A stretch of 64,000 nt of DNA from an uncultured Deefgea sp. (lineage in GTDB: Bacteria; Pseudomonadota; Gammaproteobacteria; Burkholderiales; Chitinibacteraceae), in the NCBI RefSeq assembly GCF_947072475.1, contig NZ_CAMTIA010000013.1:4553-68552 (forward strand). The letters run 5' to 3'. The notes under the pieces are model-generated. The model ran no database searches. It was given only the letters and a program-made list of their open reading frames with translations, and was not told the origin of the DNA. This document shows, one piece after another, positions 48,393 through 58,567 of this stretch; positions within the stretch are counted from its first letter, which is position 1, and every line of letters starts with the position of its first letter. Made by a program: the position numbers and the translations under genes.

Positions 48393-51300
48393 TGCCCGCG
48401 AGTAATGACGACCTTGTGTTACCGCCCAATATCCCAGCCAGCGCAGCGAGTGTGCCGCCGGTTTTTTCGCCCTTAATGGTGCACGATGTGCCACTCGGAG
48501 GCCGAGTGCTGATTGAAGCATCGGCCGGTACCGGAAAAACTTTTAATATCACTGGCCTGTATGCGCGCTTGATTTTAGGGGCGGGTATATCACCAGACGA
48601 ACCAGCGTATAACGCAGCCAATGGATTACTCCCCGAGCGTATCTTGGTGGTGACGTTTACCAAGGCGGCAACGGCCGAGCTGAAAGATCGGATTCGTTTG
48701 CGTTTGGCGCAATTAACGCAAACCTTTGTTGAGCAAACGCCAGTGATGGTGGGCGGCGCGCCGGAGCCATTTTGTGCTGAGGTGTGGGCACGGGTGATGG
48801 CCGAAGGCTTAGACCCCGATCCTTTATTGCGGCAACTGCGCTTGGCGCTGGCGACGCTCGATTGCGCAGCGATTTCGACGATTCATAGTTTTTGCCAACG
48901 CTTATTGACCGAACAAGCGTTTGAGGCGGGCTTTGATTTTGATCGGCAATTGCTTGAGGACGAAAGCGAATTACTCGCCGAAATTGCCCATGATTTTTGG
49001 CGCAGTCAGGTGTATGCCGCCGATATGGCGTGGGTGGCGTATTTGCGCGAGCAAAAAATCGACGTGCCGTATTTAGAGCAATTGGCAGGCCAAGTCAAAA
49101 GCCTGGATCCGGCGTATTTCTTGCCTTTGCCTGATTTGCCATCGGCCACGTATCGGGACGAGCGCGCCGCGCAATACGCCGAGCAATGGCAGCAATGCCA
49201 GCATTGGTGGGATCAAGGCGAAATTGCCGCATTGCTACTTAACGCGCAAGCGGGTGGGGTTTTTTCTGGTACGTATAAGCTCAGTGATGAAAAGTGGCAA
49301 GGCTGGCTGGCGGCCACGCATCGATTGCTGCAAAGCGCCACGCCGAGCGTGGCGTTATTTAAAGATTGGGAAAAATTTAGCCAAAGTCATTTACTAAAAA
49401 TGACCAAAAAAGAATTTAAAGCAGTGGCGCCGCAGCATGAGTTTTTTTCCGCCGCCGAGGCTTTACTGGCCAATGCCGACAGTATGGCGGCCGATTTGGC
49501 CTTGCAACTCAAATACTGGCGCTTGGATTTTGCGCGCTATGTGCGCGAACAATTGGCGTTACGCAAAGCGCACAGCGGCAAAATGTCGTTTGACGACAGC
49601 ATTACTTGCTTGGCTGGCGCGCTCGATGATCCGATTCGGGCCCAAAACTTGGTCGAAAAAGTCAGCCAAAAATACCGTGCAGCTTTGGTTGATGAGTTTC
49701 AAGATACCGATCCTTTGCAATTTAAAATTATTGATCGCTTGTTTGGCCAAGCGTTAAGCGACGGCAGTACGCCGCCGTTTTTTATGGTGGGCGATCCGAA
49801 GCAAGCGATTTACGCCTTTCGCGGCGCCGACGTGTACGCCTATTTGGGCGCGCGTGGGCAGGCTAAAGCGTGTTATTCGATTGAGACTAATTTTCGCTCT
49901 GACGCGCCGATTGTGGCTTTTGTGAATGCGTTATTTGCGCCCAAAGATGCTTTTGTTGAGCAACAAATTAGCCATCCGACCATTGCCGCTAAACAAAGTG
50001 GCGATTCCAAATGGCAATGCGCTGATGATCGCGGCGCAGTGCACGCTTTTGTATTTGATGGTTTTAATCCCGATAGCGCCGAAAAAATGCTGTTGGCGGC
50101 CACCGCCGATGAAATCGCTGGCTTACTCAATGCCGCTAGCCAAGGCCAGGCCAGTCTGGACGGAAACGCTTTAAGTCCAAAAGATATCGCGGTATTGGTG
50201 CCAAGTCATCGGCAAGCGCATGCCATGCGCCATGCTTTGGCTGCGCGCGGCGTGGCGTCGGTGATGCAAACCCGAGAAAGCGTGTTTGCTTCGAGTGAGG
50301 CGCAAGGCTTGTGCGCGATGCTGGCGGCGATTGAAGCGCCAGCGCAGACCAGCTTGCTACGCCATGCTTTGGTCAGCTCGGTGATGGGTTTGAGTGTGGC
50401 GCAATTAATGGCGCTGCAATTGGATGACGCTGCTTGGCAGGCCGAGGTGGAAAACCTACAAAGCTGGCGCGATGAATGGCGCAAATTTGGCTTTATGCCG
50501 ATGTTTCGGCGCTGGTTGGTCGAGGCCGATATTACCAGCCGTGTCTTAAAGCAAGATGGTGGCGAGCGGCGTTTGACCAATTTATTGCACGTGGCGGAGT
50601 TGGTGCAGCATGAATCCAGATCCCGCCCCAATCCGGCTTTATTGCTGGCGTGGCTCGAGCGACAAATTGCTGAGCCCAATCAAGGCGCAGAAAGCCAGCA
50701 AATGCGCTTAGAAAGCGACGCCGACCGCGTGCGTTTGGTGACGATCCATGCGTCCAAAGGCTTGGAATATCCGATTGTGTTTTGCCCGTTTGCATGGAAA
50801 GGCAAGGGGCAATTGGTGCGTAATCCACAGTGGGTGTCGTTCCACCAGCCCAGTGCCGGGCATGCGCTGCAAATTGACGTCGGCACCGATCAGCTGGATG
50901 TGCATCTTGAGCAAGCCGAGCATGAGGCGTATGCCGAGCAAATTCGTCTGTTGTATGTGGCCGTCACCCGCGCCAAACATCGCTTGTATTTGGCGTATCC
51001 GGCGTTTGAAAAACTGGCTTGGCAGTCGCTGGCGGGGCTGAAAAACGCACCGCTGACGCATTTATTGCGCACTGAAACGGGCGAGCCGATCGGTCAACAC
51101 CTGAAATCGCTCACGCCATCGCTGCTGAGTAGCGCCTTTGCTCGTTTGGGGGCGGTGACGGTGAGTGATTTGCCTGAGCCGACGCGCTACACCGGTGTGG
51201 ATCATGCCTTACCTGATTTGCAGCTGACGCCGCGCTCCAAACGATTTGATTTTGCGCCGTGGAGTTTGGCCGCGCCGTGGCGCTTGGCGAGCTTTACTTC

Positions 51301-52183
51301 GCTCACGCGTAGCCACGCGAGCGATGCGCTGGCCGAAATCGGCACGGATTACGACGCCGATGGCGTGCAGGTGCAGCGCTTTGAAAGTGAAGCGTTGACG
51401 ACGCAAATACGCTTTTGTTTTGCGCGCGGTAGCCGCGCGGGGACCACGCTGCATGCGGTGTTGGAACATACCGATTTTAGCCGCGTCAATGCCGCTGAGT
51501 TGGCGCAAACCGTGACGCAAGCAATGCAAAAGTCCGGCTTGCCGATCAACGATGCTGCGCCGCAAGTGGCGACTTGGTTATTGGAGGTATTGGCCGCGCC
51601 CATCGCGCTTGGGACGAAAGAAAATGGCGAGCAAGGTGAGAAGGGCGTGCTGCGCTTAAATCAATTGGCCCAGCGCCAGCGTTTAAATGAATGGTCTTTT
51701 TTATTGGGATGTAAATCAGTCGATATTGCGGCTTTTTGCCGCGTATTGGCGCAGCCCGAATTTGGCGTTGAACCGCGCTTTATTGCTGCCGCGCAGCGCT
51801 TAAAGCCCGAGAAATTTGTTGGTTATTTAAATGGTTTTGTTGATTTGATTTTCTTCTGGCAAGGACAGTATTTTATTGCCGATTATAAATCCAACTTTTT
51901 AGGTGACCGCTTGAGCGATTACGATCAAGGCGCTTTGCGCGAGGTGATGAGCGACTCGCATTATTACTTGCAGTATTTGCTGTATAGCTGCGCTTGGCAC
52001 CGGCATATGTTGGCGCGCTTGGGGGATGGCTATGATTATGAACGTGATTTTGGCGGGGTGTTGTATTTGTTTATTCGAGGTATGTCGATGGAGGCGAATG
52101 ATTGCGGAGTCTGGCAGGATAAACCCCCTTTAAGACTCATTGAGGCACTCAATCGCGCTTTGGGTGAAGGAGTGGCGCAATGA
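48389..52183 (+). CDS. recB: Exodeoxyribonuclease V subunit beta
   Basis: IEASAGTGKT, VVTFTKAATAEL, DEFQDTD, GDPKQAIYAFRGAD, TIHASKGLEY, LLYVAVTRA; nuclease motifs GTTLH, GFVDL, DYKSN, Y.LQY..Y. Confidence 0.97.
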   Translation: MMPASNDDLVLPPNIPASAASVPPVFSPLMVHDVPLGGRVLIEASAGTGKTFNITGLYARLILGAGISPDEPAYNAANGLLPERILVVTFTKAATAELKDRIRLRLAQLTQTFVEQTPVMVGGAPEPFCAEVWARVMAEGLDPDPLLRQLRLALATLDCAAISTIHSFCQRLLTEQAFEAGFDFDRQLLEDESELLAEIAHDFWRSQVYAADMAWVAYLREQKIDVPYLEQLAGQVKSLDPAYFLPLPDLPSATYRDERAAQYAEQWQQCQHWWDQGEIAALLLNAQAGGVFSGTYKLSDEKWQGWLAATHRLLQSATPSVALFKDWEKFSQSHLLKMTKKEFKAVAPQHEFFSAAEALLANADSMAADLALQLKYWRLDFARYVREQLALRKAHSGKMSFDDSITCLAGALDDPIRAQNLVEKVSQKYRAALVDEFQDTDPLQFKIIDRLFGQALSDGSTPPFFMVGDPKQAIYAFRGADVYAYLGARGQAKACYSIETNFRSDAPIVAFVNALFAPKDAFVEQQISHPTIAAKQSGDSKWQCADDRGAVHAFVFDGFNPDSAEKMLLAATADEIAGLLNAASQGQASLDGNALSPKDIAVLVPSHRQAHAMRHALAARGVASVMQTRESVFASSEAQGLCAMLAAIEAPAQTSLLRHALVSSVMGLSVAQLMALQLDDAAWQAEVENLQSWRDEWRKFGFMPMFRRWLVEADITSRVLKQDGGERRLTNLLHVAELVQHESRSRPNPALLLAWLERQIAEPNQGAESQQMRLESDADRVRLVTIHASKGLEYPIVFCPFAWKGKGQLVRNPQWVSFHQPSAGHALQIDVGTDQLDVHLEQAEHEAYAEQIRLLYVAVTRAKHRLYLAYPAFEKLAWQSLAGLKNAPLTHLLRTETGEPIGQHLKSLTPSLLSSAFARLGAVTVSDLPEPTRYTGVDHALPDLQLTPRSKRFDFAPWSLAAPWRLASFTSLTRSHASDALAEIGTDYDADGVQVQRFESEALTTQIRFCFARGSRAGTTLHAVLEHTDFSRVNAAELAQTVTQAMQKSGLPINDAAPQVATWLLEVLAAPIALGTKENGEQGEKGVLRLNQLAQRQRLNEWSFLLGCKSVDIAAFCRVLAQPEFGVEPRFIAAAQRLKPEKFVGYLNGFVDLIFFWQGQYFIADYKSNFLGDRLSDYDQGALREVMSDSHYYLQYLLYSCAWHRHMLARLGDGYDYERDFGGVLYLFIRGMSMEANDCGVWQDKPPLRLIEALNRALGEGVAQ

Positions 52184-54009
52184 TCAATACCACCGAGACG
52201 ACACTGCTGCCAACCGCCAACGAGATCAATGCCGGTGAAAAAATCGACGTTGAAAAAATCGATTTTTCTAGCGCACTGCTGGATTTACTTCGCCGCAAGA
52301 ATCCAGCCGCCCCTGCCGATCTAATGGGACTCGTCGCGCAACTGGCTAAAGCCAGCGAGCGCGGTGATGTCTGCGTTGATATTCCGCCGCAAACCGATTT
52401 GGCCGCATGGCTAGCGAGTGGTTTGGTGGGCGAAGCGGGTGATTTTATGCCCTTGATTGCCTCGCATCAGCGACTGTATTTAGCGCGTTATCATGCGTAT
52501 GAATCACGCTTGGCGCTGCAATTGCGTGCCATGGCGCTGGATGCGCCGCCCGCTCCCGATGAAGCGGCATTGGCGGCGCATGTGCAAACTTTTTTTGCCG
52601 ACAGCCATGAAAACCCCGATTGGCAAAAAATCGCCGTCACCGCCGCACTGCATCAGCGTTTAAGTATTGTTAGCGGCGGACCGGGTACGGGCAAAACCAC
52701 CACCTTGATTAAATTATTGACCTTGCTGCAAATCAGTAGCGATCGCGTGCTCAATATTGCGCTGGCCGCGCCAACCGGTAAGGCGGCGATGCGCATGCAA
52801 GCGGCGATTAGTCAGGGTAAGCAAGATTTAGCCAAAAAAGGCTTGTTAAGTGCGGCGTTGGCGGCGCAAATCCCCGATCAAGCCACGACTTTGCATCGCT
52901 TGCTGGGTAGTCAATTTAATTCTGTGCAGTTTCGCCATCATGCTGCGCGCCCCTTGGTGCTCGATGTGCTGGTGCTGGACGAAGCGTCGATGATTGATTT
53001 GGCCTTGATGAGTAAATTGGTCGACGCTTTGCCGCCACAAGCTCGCTTGATTTTATTGGGTGATAAAGATCAACTCGCTTCGGTTGAAGCGGGTGCGGTG
53101 ATGGGGGATTTATGTGCCGAAAGTGGGTTTTCACCGGACTTTGCCGCTAAATTGTCGCGCTTAACTGGGCAGGTGCTTGAGCCGGGATTTTCGGCGTCGG
53201 CCATTGGCGAACATATTCTGACTTTGCATAAAAGCTATCGTTTTTCTGGTGTGATTGGCGAATTGGCGCGGGCGATCAATACCGGAGATTTACGCAAAAT
53301 CAGCGCGCTGTTGTTGCCTGCAACCCGTCAGCCGGCGCTGCCCGCAGGGGATGATGCCTTGATTTGGTATCCGAGTAATCCAGCGGCGAGTGGCCAAGAC
53401 TTATCCGCGCCATTGCTGGCGGGCTATGCGCCATTTTTTGCTGCGGTAGCCGCCAAGGCGTCACCAAGCGATGTGTTTGCTGCGTTTGATGCGTTTCGGG
53501 TACTAAGCCCGGTGCGCCAAGGTGCGGCCAGCGTGGCGCGGGTGAATCATTTAATTGAGACGCAGTTGGTCAAACAAGGTTTAAGAATGAATGACCAAGT
53601 GTGGTATGCCGGTCGGCCGGTGCTGGTGCCGCAAAATTTATACGATTTAGCGCTGTATAACGGCGATATTGGCCTGACTTTGATGGATGACACCGGCAAG
53701 CTCTGGGTGCATTTCCCCGCGAGTGATGGCGGCACGCGCAAAGTCGCCCCTGCGCGCTTACCTGCAGTGGAAACCGCGTTTGCGATGACGGTGCATAAAT
53801 CGCAAGGCTCGGAGTTTGCGCATGTGTTATTGCTGCTGCCCAGCCCGAATGATGGCAGTGCCAGTGTCTTAAGTCGTGAGCTGGTTTACACCGCCATTAC
53901 GCGTGCGCGCCAGCAAGTGAGTTTGTGGGGCGAGGAAAGTATCATTACGAGCGCCAGCCGCAAAGGCATTACGCGGCAATCGGGTTTAGCGCAGCGCTTA
54001 CTGGTTTAA
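52180..54009 (+). CDS. recD: Exodeoxyribonuclease V subunit alpha
   Basis: WQKIA, SGGPGTGKTT, AAPTGKAA, LDEASMID, GDKDQLASVEAG, AMTVHKSQGSEF, ELVYTAITRA. Confidence 0.97.
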   Translation: MINTTETTLLPTANEINAGEKIDVEKIDFSSALLDLLRRKNPAAPADLMGLVAQLAKASERGDVCVDIPPQTDLAAWLASGLVGEAGDFMPLIASHQRLYLARYHAYESRLALQLRAMALDAPPAPDEAALAAHVQTFFADSHENPDWQKIAVTAALHQRLSIVSGGPGTGKTTTLIKLLTLLQISSDRVLNIALAAPTGKAAMRMQAAISQGKQDLAKKGLLSAALAAQIPDQATTLHRLLGSQFNSVQFRHHAARPLVLDVLVLDEASMIDLALMSKLVDALPPQARLILLGDKDQLASVEAGAVMGDLCAESGFSPDFAAKLSRLTGQVLEPGFSASAIGEHILTLHKSYRFSGVIGELARAINTGDLRKISALLLPATRQPALPAGDDALIWYPSNPAASGQDLSAPLLAGYAPFFAAVAAKASPSDVFAAFDAFRVLSPVRQGAASVARVNHLIETQLVKQGLRMNDQVWYAGRPVLVPQNLYDLALYNGDIGLTLMDDTGKLWVHFPASDGGTRKVAPARLPAVETAFAMTVHKSQGSEFAHVLLLLPSPNDGSASVLSRELVYTAITRARQQVSLWGEESIITSASRKGITRQSGLAQRLLV

Positions 54010-54125
54010 TTCACCTGACTGAATGGCGCAGTGCTGACCGACTTGATCGACTTAATTGACCCGACTGAATTGACCATGCTGCGTTGGACGCGAATCATCA
54101 AATTACCAATTAAACAATCAAACAA

Positions 54126-54914
54126 TCAAACAAAAATTTGCCGATGTGATGTGGTGCTCGCTTGCGGTGTTTGGTAGTCGATTTGATTCGCGTCTAAAGC
54201 GGCTAAGCAGCCTAGCTCTTGAATCACCCAACTCATCTCGGCGGCGACCGGCGCAGTAATGCGCAGGGTTTCGCCACTTAGCGGGTGTTTAAACTGCATT
54301 TGAGTGCATGCCAACAGTAGGCGATTTACCCCAAAGGCCTGGGCAAAGGCGCGATTGTGCCGTCCTTTGCCATAAGTGGTGTCGCCAATAATCGGGTGAC
54401 TCAGGTGTTTGAGGTGGCGGCGAATCTGATGGCGGCGGCCGGTAATTGGATCGAGCGTGACGACGGCATAACGGCTACTGGGGTATTTATCTACGGTCCA
54501 CGGTAGCTCGACACTGGCAATGCGCCGATAGTGGGTTTGGCTGGCTTGGGCGGCTTTTTCAACAATCCCACCAAACACTTCAGCGTCGTCCTTGCGGATT
54601 TCCAGTGGATGATCGATTTCACCTTGCTCATCTGGCCAGCCGCGCACCACGGCCAGATAATTTTTGGACACTTGCCGTTCGGCAAATTGCATCGAGAGTG
54701 CGCGGGCGCTGTCTGAGTTGAGCCCAAACAATAAAACCCCCGAGGTGGCTTTATCCAAGCGATGCGCCGGAAAAACATGCTGGCCGATTTGATCACGCAA
54801 AAGTTGCACCGCAAAGCGCGTTTCGTACGCGTCTAAGCTGCTGCGATGAACCAATAAATCACTCGGTTTGTGAATGGCAACGAGCTGTTCGTCTTGATAC
54901 AAAATGGGGAGCAT
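54126..54914 (-). CDS. truC: tRNA pseudouridine(65) synthase TruC
   Basis: MLPILYQDE..VAIHKPS.LLVHRS, HRLDKATSG (catalytic Asp), YLAVVRGW, TGRRHQIRRH, IIGDTTYGKG.HN. Confidence 0.9.
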   Translation of the reverse strand: MLPILYQDEQLVAIHKPSDLLVHRSSLDAYETRFAVQLLRDQIGQHVFPAHRLDKATSGVLLFGLNSDSARALSMQFAERQVSKNYLAVVRGWPDEQGEIDHPLEIRKDDAEVFGGIVEKAAQASQTHYRRIASVELPWTVDKYPSSRYAVVTLDPITGRRHQIRRHLKHLSHPIIGDTTYGKGRHNRAFAQAFGVNRLLLACTQMQFKHPLSGETLRITAPVAAEMSWVIQELGCLAALDANQIDYQTPQASTTSHRQIFV

Positions 54915-55018
54915 GGCGTTGCTTTGTAACGAGGGGTGGGTAAAGAGCTGACATTTATGACGAATGGAGTCAGTATATGCTAATGTAATGAATGTCTGTT
55001 TGTGGTTTAGGTTCGTTT

Positions 55019-55513
55019 ATGTCGCTGGTTCAGTCATTGCCGCATTATATTTGTGGCCACCATCATCCGCTTGAGGCGTATCAGCAAGCCGATGATCATT
55101 CGCAAACTTTGTGTTGGTCGGCAATGAGCCTGCCGTGCCCGCGCTGTTGTGCGCAAAGTGTACAAACCTTAGATTTGAACCCGCAAGTTTACGTTAATCT
55201 TCAGCAATTATCACCCAGTTTGACCGCTTTTGTGATTGAGGTGAGCGAGGTCAGTCAGCCTTTGGATGGTGTTTTATCCCTCACCGGTTATGTGCAGCGC
55301 GCTGCGTCGATGGATGAGTTGCACCCTGGCGGCGATATTTTTGACGTGCCAAATGCCGTGTGGCGCAAAGAATATTGGTTTGATAATGACACTGAGCCGA
55401 TGCACGTAGTGGCTTTACTCCGGCATTTAAAGCAAGAAATGCGCTGGCTAGAAACTTACTTGCCGCAAGGCGTGAGCGCGATTCATTTTGCTGACTTTGT
55501 CGGTACGGCTTAA
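55019..55513 (+). CDS. Hypothetical protein with a possible N-terminal Zn-binding CGH...CPRC motif
   Basis: Open frame of 164 aa from ATG 55019 in an otherwise unexplained gap, followed by a terminator; no family recognised. Confidence 0.65.
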   Translation: MSLVQSLPHYICGHHHPLEAYQQADDHSQTLCWSAMSLPCPRCCAQSVQTLDLNPQVYVNLQQLSPSLTAFVIEVSEVSQPLDGVLSLTGYVQRAASMDELHPGGDIFDVPNAVWRKEYWFDNDTEPMHVVALLRHLKQEMRWLETYLPQGVSAIHFADFVGTA

Positions 55514-55544
55514 TCTCTACTCGTTACCTGATCGTTATTAGCGT

Positions 55545-55588
55545 AATAAACATAAAGCCCCAAACTGTGTTGGGGCTTTATTGTTTTT
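55545..55588. terminator. Bidirectional terminator between the orphan ORF and glnE
   Basis: ATAAAGCCCCAA-actgtg-TTGGGGCTTTAT, A-rich on the left and T-rich on the right. Confidence 0.85.
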
Positions 55589-55638
55589 AGCCGGCTTTTT
55601 GGTCCGCGTTGATTGCAAACCATCATTCAGCCAAACCT

Positions 55639-58323
55639 TCATCCAAACAGATTTTGCCAAGTGGCTTGTACCGATTGCAGATCGTTTTCCAGTGGCGCAA
55701 TCATGTCCGGCGTGAGCGGTGTGCCGTTCAGGCGATTGATGTGCTGTAAGCGGCGCAGTGCGCGGTAGGCGATGCGGGCATGCTCAGCCGCGTGGCTGCT
55801 GATTAAGCCATGCTGGGCGGCGGTATCCAGTAGTGCGATATTGCCCAGATTGGCGGTAAGCGCCGGAATGGTCGCTGAATACGCCAAAATCAAAAATTGC
55901 ATAATAAATTCAATATCCACAATCCCGCCGCGTAAATGCTTTACATCCACGGCGCTGGCGGGATGGGTTTCAAGAATTTTCTCGCGCATTTTTTTGACTT
56001 CGGCTTTGAGCGAATCAATGTCGCGCTCAAGGCAAATCACCGCGTTACGAATCAGCGTGAATTGTTGACCAATTGCGGCATCCCCCGCGCAGTAGCGAGC
56101 GCGAGTAAGGGCTTGATGCTCCCAAACCCACGCTGAATTGCGCTGATATTGCTCGAAGGCATCAATACTGGAAACCAGTAGTCCCGATGTGCCATTGGGG
56201 CGCAAGCGTAGGTCAATATCGTAAAGCTGACCGGCTGAGGTCATGCTGGTGAGCCAGTTGACCACCCGCTTGGCAAAGCGCGCGTAGATTTCGCCCGCGT
56301 TGGGGTGTTCGTCCTCGTATAAAAACACCAGATCTAAGTCTGACGCGTAGCCCAATTCTTTGCCCCCTAATTTGCCGTAACCAATAATGGCAAACAGCGG
56401 TGTGTCGCGGTGGGTATTGGGCATTTCGCGCCAGACTTCTTCGATCGCCACCGATAAAATCAGATCGGCTAAATCAGACAAATGATCCGATAGCGTTTCT
56501 AACGGCAGCAGCTCAGCCAAGTCTTGCGACACTAAGCGAAAAATCTGCGTGTGTTGAAAATGCCGTAAGCAATCCATCTTGGCTTCGGTGTCATTTTTGA
56601 GCTGGCGTATCTCTTGCCGAAGTTGCTCGCCTAATTTGCCCCAGTCGGGGACTTGATGCAGTAAGCGCGAATCAAGGAGTTCATCAAGCAAGATGGGGTG
56701 GCGAGTGAGGTATTCAGACACCCAAGGGCTGGCGCTATACAGCGCCGCGAGCCGTTTTAACGCCTGTGGGTGTTCTGCCAGCAGCGCCAAGTAAGACTCG
56801 CGGCGGCCAATGGCCTCGAGTAAGTCCAGTAAGCGCGTGAGGGTAATGTCGGGATTGCTCACTTGGGCGGAGATGGTAATGAGTGACGGTAAAATCGCGT
56901 CCAGTCGTTGTCGGCAGCGATCGGGCATTTGCCGATATTTGCTGCTGTCGTGTAAAGCATTGAGTCGACGTTGGATTTCGAGTGGTTTGGCAAAGCCCAA
57001 TGCACTTAATCGACTGGTGTCTTCATCGAGATATTGGTCGATATGCGTTTCGGTATTGCTGCCATTGAGTGTGTTTTGCTCAGGAAGGGCGAAAATTAGT
57101 TCAAATTGCGCGGTGACACGCGCGCGATGTGCGTCGAGCGTGGTTTTGAACTGTACCCAATCGCCAACGCCCTGCTGGGCAAACCCCATGCTCAATGCCA
57201 GCCGCGCTTGATCGTCGCTTTGCGTGGGCAGCATTTGGGTCTGCGCATCGTCTAAATACATAATTCGATGCTCGACATTGCGTAAAAACACATATGCCGC
57301 TTGTAGCTGGCTGACGATGTCGGCAGGCAGCGTGCCTTGCTGTTCCAGCTCGTTGAGGATGACTTGCGTGGGTCTTTGTTGCAAAGTCTTGGTGCGCCCG
57401 CCACGGATCAGTTGGAATACTTGGCCGATAAATTCAATTTCGCGAATGCCGCCCGGCCCCAGTTTGACGTTTTCAAAGCGATCTTTGCGCGCCACTTCAC
57501 GGCGGATTTGGCTGTGTAGCTCACGCATGGAGTGATAAGCGCCGTAATCGAGGTATTTTCGATAAATAAACGGCGTGACTAAGCTCATTAAGCCGGCGGC
57601 GTCGCCACTTAAGGCGCGGCCTTTAATCCACGCGTATCGCTCCCACTCGCGCCCTTGGGTGAGTAAGTAGTTTTCTAAAGCCGCAAAGCTGCTGGCCAAG
57701 GGGCCAGAGTCGCCAAAGGGCCGCAAACGCATGTCAACTCGAAACACAAAGCCATCCGCGGTGGTGTCGCCAATGATGCGAATCAGTTTTTTACCAATTT
57801 GGGCGAAATACTCATGGTTGCTAATGGGCTTAGTGCCATTGGTTTGACCGTCTTCGGGATAGACAAAGATTAAATCGATGTCGGACGAGACATTGAGCTC
57901 ACGCCCTCCGAGTTTGCCCATGCCAACAATAATCAGTTCTTGCACCGTGCCGCTGTCTTCGCCAATCGGCAGGCCAATGCGCTCGGTGGCTTGGCTGACA
58001 AATTGCAATGCGTGGCTAAGCGCCACCTCAGCTAAGTCGCTGGTGGTGGTGACCACTTCATTTAAGTCGGAGAGATGGTTGATTTCTCGGGTGATCAAAC
58101 GGGCCATGACCGCTTGGCGCAAGCTGCGTAATTGTTGGCTGAGCTGCTCTTCTGTTTGCGGTGCGGGCAGTTGATCGAGCATCGCTTGGCGGCTAAAGGG
58201 CTGATCGAGGTGTAGCGTGGTGATTTCGATGAGCTGCGGATGGCGAACAAACAGATTGGTGAGGTAACGGCTATGTTGGCGTGCGGCGACAATGGCAGGG
58301 TGGATGAGTGGGGTATCGGTCAT
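55639..58323 (-). CDS. glnE: Glutamine synthetase adenylyltransferase / adenylyl-removing enzyme
   Basis: Two nucleotidyltransferase domains: GMGKLGGRELNVSSDIDL and GYGKLGGKELGYASDLDL; RVDMRLRP and IDLRLRPNG. Start set at ATG 58323 (track starts at 58341). Confidence 0.97.
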   Translation of the reverse strand: MTDTPLIHPAIVAARQHSRYLTNLFVRHPQLIEITTLHLDQPFSRQAMLDQLPAPQTEEQLSQQLRSLRQAVMARLITREINHLSDLNEVVTTTSDLAEVALSHALQFVSQATERIGLPIGEDSGTVQELIIVGMGKLGGRELNVSSDIDLIFVYPEDGQTNGTKPISNHEYFAQIGKKLIRIIGDTTADGFVFRVDMRLRPFGDSGPLASSFAALENYLLTQGREWERYAWIKGRALSGDAAGLMSLVTPFIYRKYLDYGAYHSMRELHSQIRREVARKDRFENVKLGPGGIREIEFIGQVFQLIRGGRTKTLQQRPTQVILNELEQQGTLPADIVSQLQAAYVFLRNVEHRIMYLDDAQTQMLPTQSDDQARLALSMGFAQQGVGDWVQFKTTLDAHRARVTAQFELIFALPEQNTLNGSNTETHIDQYLDEDTSRLSALGFAKPLEIQRRLNALHDSSKYRQMPDRCRQRLDAILPSLITISAQVSNPDITLTRLLDLLEAIGRRESYLALLAEHPQALKRLAALYSASPWVSEYLTRHPILLDELLDSRLLHQVPDWGKLGEQLRQEIRQLKNDTEAKMDCLRHFQHTQIFRLVSQDLAELLPLETLSDHLSDLADLILSVAIEEVWREMPNTHRDTPLFAIIGYGKLGGKELGYASDLDLVFLYEDEHPNAGEIYARFAKRVVNWLTSMTSAGQLYDIDLRLRPNGTSGLLVSSIDAFEQYQRNSAWVWEHQALTRARYCAGDAAIGQQFTLIRNAVICLERDIDSLKAEVKKMREKILETHPASAVDVKHLRGGIVDIEFIMQFLILAYSATIPALTANLGNIALLDTAAQHGLISSHAAEHARIAYRALRRLQHINRLNGTPLTPDMIAPLENDLQSVQATWQNLFG

Positions 58324-58567
58324 AGGGTCACTTTTGGGCAAATTCGCAAGTTTGTATCGGGCGCTATGGGCTTATTGCTTGATATGAGCGACTTAAGGCT
58401 GCGTCTAGTGTGATGCGGGGCATAGACGGCGGCAAATCTTTGCGAGAAATGCCGAGCGAAGCGAAATGCCGCTTTGGAATCAGGGTAAAATAGCGTTCTT
58501 GTGCGTAACCCTAGCATAGCCGAGCCTGTTTGGGCGCTTTCCCCTTTTTGAATTTGGACGTTTTTTA

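Noticed and set aside
34092-54009. Gabija-like system (OLD nuclease plus helicase)
   Set aside because: No UvrD/GajB gene is adjacent to the nuclease; the helicases in the window are canonical RecB and RecD in a recC-recB-recD operon 9 kb or more away.
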